Origin: a virus
DNA length: 64,000 nucleotides
Strand: one strand, 5' to 3'
Virus record (IMG/VR): IMGVR_UViG_3300028361_000023
Span: 1-64,000 of that record
Below are positions 57,072 through 64,000 of this stretch, piece by piece (the first letter of the stretch is position 1; the number at the start of each line of letters is the position of its first letter). The notes beneath the pieces were generated by a model that saw only the letters and a program-made list of their open reading frames with translations, was not told the origin of the DNA and searched no databases. Position numbers and translations under genes: made by a program.

Positions 57072-58553
57072 ATGAACAATGCAAGATTGGTCTTTGGTCA
57101 AAACTTTGATTCCAAAGGACACACAAACGAAAATAGTTTAGCTGCTGCTAGACTAACTGAACCAGATAAGATTAACAAAACGTTAACTTATCTTCAAGGA
57201 AAAGATAGTGATAGATTTCCGTTAACTTTCTTAACAGAAGGACAAACAAAAGGTAACAAAGGTATTGGTATTAATGATATTCAATATACTTGGGATTTTA
57301 TTGAGCAAATGGATAAAGCTGACGGAGTTGTTAGTAGTAATTATACAATGACAAGTACACCGGGTAAGTCTGGTTCTGAAGTTGAAGTTACAATGAAAAC
57401 TAGATGGCTTAAACATCAACATACTGTTGTAGCTGAAAATGGAACTCGTGCTAGAATTGTTGCTATGCCTATTAAAGTAAGTAATGGTTGGTTATATAGA
57501 TTTACTCTTAAATCTATGAATTCTGAAGATTATATTGCTCCTTATTTATTACAAACTGGAGCTAAATGGGCAATGGAAGGTCCAGGTACTGTTTCTGAAA
57601 GTTTATCTCATGGTAATGAAAGTAATATTGTTACTCCTGGTAAACTTACTAATCAGATAAGTGTATTAAGAAAATCTTATCATATTGCTGGTAATGTTGG
57701 TAATAAAGTAGTTGAATGTTATTTACCTAAAAAAGGAGGAGGTAATAGTAAACTATGGATGCCTTTTGAAGAGTATCAACACGAAATGGTATGGAAACAA
57801 CATTGTGAAGAACATTCTTGGTATTCTGAATATAACAGAGATAGTAAAGGAAGAATAACAGATATAGACGAAGAAACAGGTCTTCCTATTCCTGAAGGTG
57901 CTGGACTTATAGCTCAAATACCAAATCAAGATACTTATAGTTATCTTACTGCTGAAAAACTAGATAAAACAGTTTTATCTGTTATGTATGGTAGAAACGA
58001 CGGTATTGGTGCTAGAGATATAGTTCTTTATACTGGTATTGGGGGGGAAAGAGAGTTTGATAGAGCACTTAAAGATAAAAGTGCAGGAGTTTCTCAAATA
58101 ATCGGTGATAAATTTGTAACTGGTTCTGGTTCTACTCTTATGTATGGCGGTTACTTTAACGCATATAAAACCCGTGAAGGTAATAGAATAATTGTTAAAC
58201 GTCTTGGTATTCTTGACCACGGTAGTAGAGCAAAAGTTGCACCTAAACATCCCGAAACAGGTTTGCCTATAACTTCTTACAATATGTATTACGTAGATCA
58301 AACTGTATATGATGGAGTACCTAATATTAGAATGGTACACCAAAAAGGTAGAAGTCTTATAAGAGGTGTAGAACAAGGTATGGCTCTTAAAGGCGGAACT
58401 TCTTTTGCCGATTATGGAGGTAATGCGACCAATTTAAATCTTTCTACTGGTCAAGATAAAACTAGTATTCACTTCCTTAAAACAAGTGGAATACAACTTA
58501 ATAGAAATTCTCATTGTTTTTCTTTAGAAATGGATATATCTATCGCAGTTTAA
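57072..58553 (+). CDS. Major capsid protein
   Basis: 493 aa, crAss-type synteny, G.GLIAQI and LYTGIGG.REF motifs, followed by a strong terminator. Confidence 0.85.
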   Translation: MNNARLVFGQNFDSKGHTNENSLAAARLTEPDKINKTLTYLQGKDSDRFPLTFLTEGQTKGNKGIGINDIQYTWDFIEQMDKADGVVSSNYTMTSTPGKSGSEVEVTMKTRWLKHQHTVVAENGTRARIVAMPIKVSNGWLYRFTLKSMNSEDYIAPYLLQTGAKWAMEGPGTVSESLSHGNESNIVTPGKLTNQISVLRKSYHIAGNVGNKVVECYLPKKGGGNSKLWMPFEEYQHEMVWKQHCEEHSWYSEYNRDSKGRITDIDEETGLPIPEGAGLIAQIPNQDTYSYLTAEKLDKTVLSVMYGRNDGIGARDIVLYTGIGGEREFDRALKDKSAGVSQIIGDKFVTGSGSTLMYGGYFNAYKTREGNRIIVKRLGILDHGSRAKVAPKHPETGLPITSYNMYYVDQTVYDGVPNIRMVHQKGRSLIRGVEQGMALKGGTSFADYGGNATNLNLSTGQDKTSIHFLKTSGIQLNRNSHCFSLEMDISIAV

Positions 58554-58583
58554 TATAGTATTAACTATTATAATGTAAAAAGT

Positions 58584-58617
58584 AAAAAGTAGGAGAATTA
58601 ATATCTCCTACTTTTTT
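58584..58617 (+). terminator. Intrinsic terminator after MCP
   Basis: GTAGGAGA-attaata-TCTCCTAC-TTTTTT. Confidence 0.85.
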
Positions 58618-58649
58618 AAACTATAAACAAAAATAAATAAATAAATAAA

Positions 58650-59663
58650 ATGTCACAATATAAAATAAGTAAAAAAATATCTATAAAAAGAAAACCTGTT
58701 CCTACTCTTCCCGGACTTACAGAAGATATGAGAACAAGAAAACTAGGTTCTGGTGTTACTAAACCTCCTTTAACTGAATTAGAAAAAATAAAGTATATGC
58801 CAACTTTAGTAGGCGTTGCTCACGATGCCGTTAATTTTGAAGAAGCTTGTCGTAATTATTTTGCAAATATTTCCGTTCCTGTTCCTTCTAATGAAGAAGG
58901 TGACGGTAAGGGTTTAGTTCTTGAAATAGGTTTTGAATATAAAGACGAAACAAGTTTCAAATCAAAAGACATTAGTATTAATTCAAAAAACATTAAAGAC
59001 GGTACTTTTCCGTTATCTGTACAAGATTACGTTCTTTGGAAACATTGCTTAGTGTATGGTCGTGTTGCTAAAGATTACAAAGATGCAGGTAAAAGTCCTA
59101 AAATTATGTTTTATATGCAAGACGATGAAGTAATCAAAAAAGCTAAATTAATTAAAAGTAAAAACACTACTACTGCAATGGCTAAAGCTGCTGGAATATT
59201 AGGAGACACTATTAAGAAAAAATATATAGTTTCTGTAGCTACTCAAATGCTTAATTCTAATGAATTTGATACAATTAAACCATTAGATCAATTAGATGAT
59301 GATGATTTAGATTTGCTTATATTAGCTGAACTTGCTCCTAAACATCCTCTTATGTTTATAGAAATAACACAAGATAAAGAACTTGAATTTAAGTTTTTGC
59401 TTACTATGGCTATAAATAAAGGTATAGTAAAAAGACTTTCTAATGGGAGTACTTTAGTTTATGAATCTAAAACAGGTCAAACGATTTTAGGTAGTGATTT
59501 GCAAGAAGCTATTATTACATTAAGAAAAGATGAAAAAGGTGTTTTATTTACTGAAATTAAATCTGAATTAGTTCTTAAATATGGTGTTAAAGAAGTTTCA
59601 AATATAAAATTACACACTGCTACTGTTGCAACTAACGAAGCTACGGTAACCACTAAACTTTAA
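58650..59663 (+). CDS. Conserved crAss-like structural-module protein
   Basis: First gene after MCP; PLSVQDYVLWKHCL motif. Confidence 0.7.
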   Translation: MSQYKISKKISIKRKPVPTLPGLTEDMRTRKLGSGVTKPPLTELEKIKYMPTLVGVAHDAVNFEEACRNYFANISVPVPSNEEGDGKGLVLEIGFEYKDETSFKSKDISINSKNIKDGTFPLSVQDYVLWKHCLVYGRVAKDYKDAGKSPKIMFYMQDDEVIKKAKLIKSKNTTTAMAKAAGILGDTIKKKYIVSVATQMLNSNEFDTIKPLDQLDDDDLDLLILAELAPKHPLMFIEITQDKELEFKFLLTMAINKGIVKRLSNGSTLVYESKTGQTILGSDLQEAIITLRKDEKGVLFTEIKSELVLKYGVKEVSNIKLHTATVATNEATVTTKL

Positions 59664-59667
59664 ATAA

Positions 59668-60738
59668 ATGACAATACAAGAAGTACATGTAAAAATAGAT
59701 TTACATCTTCAAGAATTAAATTCAAATGTATATGGAAATGTCCTTCCCGAAGAGAAGGACATTTTTCTTAACGAACAAATTTTAGAATTTTTTAGAGATA
59801 ACGAAGATGAAGATAGTAATAAACTAAGAGAAAATTTTCAAGCTACTCAAAAACGTTACGACAATGTAAAAGAACTTATAGTTGAAAACACTTTACCTTT
59901 ATATGTTAGAGATAGTGTTTCTATGTATTGTACTCTTCCAGAAGATTATTTACGTTTAGTGAGTGATGCTACTATTTTAAAATGTAGTACTTATAAAGAT
60001 GTTAACTTAACAGAAAAAAAGGAATATGTTTATGGTTTTGAATTAAAAGAATTTGTAAATAACGCTGGAAATTATTTTACTGGTTTATTTATATATATAT
60101 TAGCACAAGGTACTGATTTTGCCTTAAATACTTTTCCTCATTATACTGGTGGATTTAAGTCTTTTAAAGAGGCTTTTATACTATATGATTTAATTTACGA
60201 AGAGTTAAATAAAGTTAACAGAAATAAAGATAACACTAAAACAAAATATAAAGTTTATAAAGAATGGTATAACGGTAAATATTATGGAACTAAATTACTT
60301 TTTGTTAGTGAAACTCCTATGGCTATTTATTACAGCATTATTGCTGAAGCAAATGTACAAATGGAATTACTAGAAACTATAACAGCTAATCAACCTGATG
60401 TAACGACTAATTTAGAAGTTGAAAATAGACTAACTGCAACAGAAGACGTAAGAAATGTTTTAAATTCTAATTTTAGAACTACTGTTCATACAAGTCCTAT
60501 TAGTGAACTACAACAAGATAGATTAATCGTACATCACGAAAAAAAGTTTATACCAAAAGAACTAAAAATTAAGTACATTAAAAGACCAAATTTTGTTAGC
60601 TTATATTTGAATAGAAATACGGACTTAAACAGTAATGTATTAGGAATGATAGCTAAAAGAACTGCTGAAAGAATTGCAGTTGTTAAAGGTAATACTACAA
60701 GTAACGCTATTGTTCAACACAATAATACTATAGAATAA
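59668..60738 (+). CDS. Head-tail ring/adaptor-like structural protein
   Basis: MT..E.H..(F/I)D, LPEEKDIFLN, LPEDYL, YIKRP pattern. Confidence 0.7.
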   Translation: MTIQEVHVKIDLHLQELNSNVYGNVLPEEKDIFLNEQILEFFRDNEDEDSNKLRENFQATQKRYDNVKELIVENTLPLYVRDSVSMYCTLPEDYLRLVSDATILKCSTYKDVNLTEKKEYVYGFELKEFVNNAGNYFTGLFIYILAQGTDFALNTFPHYTGGFKSFKEAFILYDLIYEELNKVNRNKDNTKTKYKVYKEWYNGKYYGTKLLFVSETPMAIYYSIIAEANVQMELLETITANQPDVTTNLEVENRLTATEDVRNVLNSNFRTTVHTSPISELQQDRLIVHHEKKFIPKELKIKYIKRPNFVSLYLNRNTDLNSNVLGMIAKRTAERIAVVKGNTTSNAIVQHNNTIE

Positions 60739-60760
60739 AAATTTAAAATAAATAAAAAAA

Positions 60761-61789
60761 ATGATTGGAATGCAATTAATCGGACAAGACAAAGCTTATT
60801 TAGCTAAACGTGGCGGTGGGGTTATCGCTAATGTTAATGAAATTAATCAATTAGATGCTGGTGCAGTTGCTATAATTGATGGTCAAAAATTAATAAATAC
60901 TGTTGCAGCTTTAGCAGATTCTAAATCTGTACAAATAGCTGTAGGTTCTAGTACGCAAGAATTAGGTGCTGTTTTATCTAAAAGAATAGAACGTCAAAGT
61001 AGCGATTTTAAAGAAAATTATTCTTTTAAAGCTTATGCTGCTCCTCGATCTGAAGTTTTATATATAGGAGATAACGGAGACAATCTTACTGATATTGTTT
61101 TACCTATTAGTTTACTTGTAGGAGAAGAAGTTTCAGCAACTATAAGAGATACTAGTAACAATACTATACCTGAAGGTGTAATTAAAACCGCTAATTATAG
61201 TATTAAAAATGGTGACACTAAAGGAACAGTTATAAACGGTTTAGTTGCCGCTATAAACAAATTAAACATGGGAGTAGCTACGGCTATTACACCTACAACA
61301 GCTAATGCTGGTATTAAATTTGTCGGAGCTAAAGTAGGAGTTAGGTATAAAATTAATTTAGGTGGTCTTTTAGTAGGTACATCTATGTTTAGTAAATTTA
61401 ACGAAGCTGGATCTGTTATTACAACAGCAAATGCTCCTGTTGCTCCTTTTATAGGAACCGGAACTTATGAATTAATTAAAGAACAAGCTAATTATCTTTC
61501 TACAGTGTTTGGAGATACTAGTAGGAATATGTTAAGAGAAGAGTTGTTTAATTCTAAAGACGCAATTAATGACGCTGTATTTGGTACTAATTATGATACT
61601 TTTACTTTTAATTATTCTTTATCTGGTTATTATACAACAACTACTCGTTCAAGTGTTCCGCAATTTTTTCAATTAGTAATACCAACTGGTGTTGCTGTTG
61701 TTTCTGTTTTGCAAGGTTTATTTTTAGGAGTTGTTGCTGAATCTCAAGCTAGTGAAACTGGTGAAGCAGAAGAAGCTGAAAACGCTTAA
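60761..61789 (+). CDS. Structural protein (auxiliary capsid-like)
   Basis: Ala/Gly/Thr-rich beta composition; followed by a terminator. Confidence 0.65.
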   Translation: MIGMQLIGQDKAYLAKRGGGVIANVNEINQLDAGAVAIIDGQKLINTVAALADSKSVQIAVGSSTQELGAVLSKRIERQSSDFKENYSFKAYAAPRSEVLYIGDNGDNLTDIVLPISLLVGEEVSATIRDTSNNTIPEGVIKTANYSIKNGDTKGTVINGLVAAINKLNMGVATAITPTTANAGIKFVGAKVGVRYKINLGGLLVGTSMFSKFNEAGSVITTANAPVAPFIGTGTYELIKEQANYLSTVFGDTSRNMLREELFNSKDAINDAVFGTNYDTFTFNYSLSGYYTTTTRSSVPQFFQLVIPTGVAVVSVLQGLFLGVVAESQASETGEAEEAENA

Positions 61790-61809
61790 TTTAATATAGT
61801 TAAATTTTA

Positions 61810-61847
61810 AAATCAAAGGAACTACTAAGTAATAGTTCCTTTGATTT
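61810..61847 (+). terminator. Hairpin terminator
   Basis: AAATCAAAGGAACTA...TAGTTCCTTTGATTT. Confidence 0.75.
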
Positions 61848-61854
61848 ATATATT

Positions 61855-62391
61855 ATGAATTTATTAGAAGTAGTTTATATAGAAAATAATAGTTATACTT
61901 TAACTAATTTAAGTAGTACAAATAGTATTAACGTTGTTATAAACAAACTAGATACAACTACTTATTCTAATTTTAGTTTAAAAGAAACTATAATCCTTAG
62001 TAGTAGTCAAAAACTAACTTACACGTTTGAAGAAGATGGTTTATATCAAATTATATATTCTGGTACTTCAGTTAATTATATTATTACTACTTTTGCTGAT
62101 TCAAACTTTAAACAATGTTTAAATTTAATAACTACGAAAGTAATTTGTGAAGACAACATAAGATGTGATGATATTACTAATTTTAATAGTTTAAGTTTTA
62201 CTTCTGAATTTTTATATAATTTATTAGGAGATAATATAATTAAAAATACAGTAACAACAACAACAGCACCTAATGTATTTTATACAGCAATAGAACCTGT
62301 ATTTTATGATATTTCTATTGCTGAAAAATTAATAAAAAAATTAAACCATTATTGTGCTGTTTTAAAAAATGATAATTGTAATTCATGTTAA
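61855..62391 (+). CDS. Structural-module protein with Cys-rich C-terminus
   Basis: Ends HYC...CNSC. Confidence 0.65.
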   Translation: MNLLEVVYIENNSYTLTNLSSTNSINVVINKLDTTTYSNFSLKETIILSSSQKLTYTFEEDGLYQIIYSGTSVNYIITTFADSNFKQCLNLITTKVICEDNIRCDDITNFNSLSFTSEFLYNLLGDNIIKNTVTTTTAPNVFYTAIEPVFYDISIAEKLIKKLNHYCAVLKNDNCNSC

Positions 62392-62723
62392 TATTTAAAG
62401 ATAATAAAGATTATTCTTCTCTATTTTTACTTAATAAAAGTGTTTTAGAACTTACAATTAATGATATATATAAAAGCGAAGAGATAAACGAAACTGCTTG
62501 TGTAAATTTAACTAATAAATTTATTTACTATTATGCAGCTTTTATAAAAGCTAAACTTATTAAAGATTACTTAAATGTACCTTTAGATAATGTTTACCAT
62601 ACACCAATTTATGATAGTAGTGATTGGAAAGAAAAATTTAACTATCATAGTTTTAAATCTTGTTTATTTTGCAAAAATATAGATTTTGATAAAATACTAA
62701 ACCAAATAGAATATGACATTTAA
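62385..62723 (+). CDS. Hypothetical structural-module protein
   Basis: C-terminal CLFCKNID. Confidence 0.6.
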   Translation: MLIFKDNKDYSSLFLLNKSVLELTINDIYKSEEINETACVNLTNKFIYYYAAFIKAKLIKDYLNVPLDNVYHTPIYDSSDWKEKFNYHSFKSCLFCKNIDFDKILNQIEYDI

Positions 62724-64000
62724 TCAACCAAAAACAATAGACGAACTAAAAAGCCAAATAACACAATTAATGTTTGGTTTAACTAGAAATAATAGTAAAA
62801 GAAATGAAAACATTCAAAAAAACACAGAAATAGCTCATCTATTATGTTCTTTAGCTGAATTAACACAAACAAGTGGTTATGCTACTTCTAATAATTTTTT
62901 AAAGATCAAAAATGATATAGATAATAAAAACTTAAAAATAGGAAAATGGTATTTATTATCTGATTATAGAACAGTACATTTAATACCTTTTACTAGTGTT
63001 TTAAATATTAATAATAATGAACAAATAGAAGTAAATAACGAACCTTTACTTCTTCAAGCTATTTCTACAGATTCTTTTGCAAAAGAAGCAATAAGTTTAC
63101 TTTATCCACAAGATACTATTCATTATACTATTAATAGCGATTGGTGGGGAAATTTAAAAAGCGATCAAAGTAAAGGTGCTATAACATACAGACACATTCC
63201 TACGCAACCTAGTAACTCTACTAGAGGATATAGTAATGTAAAATGTAATTATGATTTTGTAAATGTCTTTATGAGAAGATGGGCAAAAGATAATTCAAAC
63301 CTACATAATGTACCTGATGCTTACGTTTTATGGGATACTTCTGTAACTTGTGGAAGTAATGGTATAGCAAGAACTACTTTTGTAGCTAAAAGTCCAACTG
63401 ATTTTAAAGATGTAAAAACTTTTAACAACACTTCTAAAGAAGGAACAGTTTGGTCTACTGCTGATATAACTATAGGAGAAACAATTTGGTGGCAAAATGG
63501 TTTTAGAGCTAATCCTTTACCCAATATTGTTTTTAATCAGTATGCTAAAGATATTAGAATATTAGCTTGTCAAAATATAACTATTGACGCACCTGTAAAC
63601 CATTTATATACGGTTAATAGAGCTTTTAATACTATATTTAATAGAAATTCTTCTAATTTTGATATTAGAATAACGGGTACTGATGTAGCAATAAATCAGT
63701 GTTTTTTCACTTTTCCACCTTTAATATCTGGTTTTCTTAGTAATACAACACTTGAAACATCTCCTAATAGTTCTAAAAATCTATATACACCCGCATTAGA
63801 ATTTTCAAATTTAACCCTTTGTAATTTTAAAGTTAATTTAATTGCAGGTAATAATATAGAAGGTTTTGTAAAAGGTTGTAAAACTGTATATGGAGAAATT
63901 GCTGGACAACAGTATTTATATTTTATAAATATAGATCAATTAGAACCTAATACTCATAATTATAATGGGGCTGATGCTCCTATAAATTTAAATATACAGT
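62713..64000 (+). CDS. Putative fibre protein, truncated by the window end (not in the ORF track)
   Basis: ATG at 62713; frame apparently open to the edge: MTFNQPK...LKIGKWYLLSDYRT...EPLLLQAIS...YPQDTIHY...KGAITYR...YDFVNVFMRRW, then Asn-rich beta-like sequence. Confidence 0.7.
   Translation, partial: MTFNQPKTIDELKSQITQLMFGLTRNNSKRNENIQKNTEIAHLLCSLAELTQTSGYATSNNFLKIKNDIDNKNLKIGKWYLLSDYRTVHLIPFTSVLNINNNEQIEVNNEPLLLQAISTDSFAKEAISLLYPQDTIHYTINSDWWGNLKSDQSKGAITYRHIPTQPSNSTRGYSNVKCNYDFVNVFMRRWAKDNSNLHNVPDAYVLWDTSVTCGSNGIARTTFVAKSPTDFKDVKTFNNTSKEGTVWSTADITIGETIWWQNGFRANPLPNIVFNQYAKDIRILACQNITIDAPVNHLYTVNRAFNTIFNRNSSNFDIRITGTDVAINQCFFTFPPLISGFLSNTTLETSPNSSKNLYTPALEFSNLTLCNFKVNLIAGNNIEGFVKGCKTVYGEIAGQQYLYFINIDQLEPNTHNYNGADAPINLNIQ

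Noticed and set aside
1-64000. Stop-codon reassignment (TAG or TGA) known in some crAss-like phages
   Set aside because: Long genes are intact in code 11, and TAG/TGA end genes at sensible boundaries (e.g. 49833-49835, 33461-33463, ATGA overlaps)

Overview
A 64-kb segment of a very AT-rich (roughly 25% GC by eye) lytic crAss-like phage (Crassvirales-type, probably infecting Bacteroidota/Flavobacteriia), read in the standard genetic code. There are three blocks. (1) 1-19247 (+): giant virion cargo genes, an 1836-aa zincin-containing protein and a 4520-aa virion RNA polymerase polyprotein (GSDFDID motif) with N-terminal zincin and ADP-ribosyltransferase-like domains. (2) 19395-48416 (-): nucleotide metabolism and replication genes (dCTP deaminase, dNMP kinase, ThyX, rIIA-like ATPase, SPL-like radical SAM, GroES-like, ligase, primase, SSB/RecT-like, SF2 and SF1 helicases, PolA), then small early genes and non-coding origin/promoter-like DNA. 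(3) 48503-64000 (+): packaging and capsid genes (IHF-like, PD-(D/E)XK nuclease, TerL, portal, scaffold, MCP, conserved structural genes, truncated fibre gene). The main unexplained signals are: (a) an 18-bp motif CTGCCTRTA-R6-AYA present 11 times from 4.5 to 50.2 kb, mostly inside genes in different reading frames, with orientation alternating strictly -,+,-,+; (b) a peptide motif [FL]-x-DNF-[QD]-[DE] at five domain junctions of the two giant proteins, bracketing a ~2175-aa RNAP core (candidate polyprotein cleavage sites); (c) nucleotide-conserved repeats flanking unrelated domain cassettes at the RNAP N-terminus; (d) the only two cysteines in ~6350 aa of cargo protein sit on either side of the gene junction. 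All product calls come from motifs recognised by eye; no searches were run.
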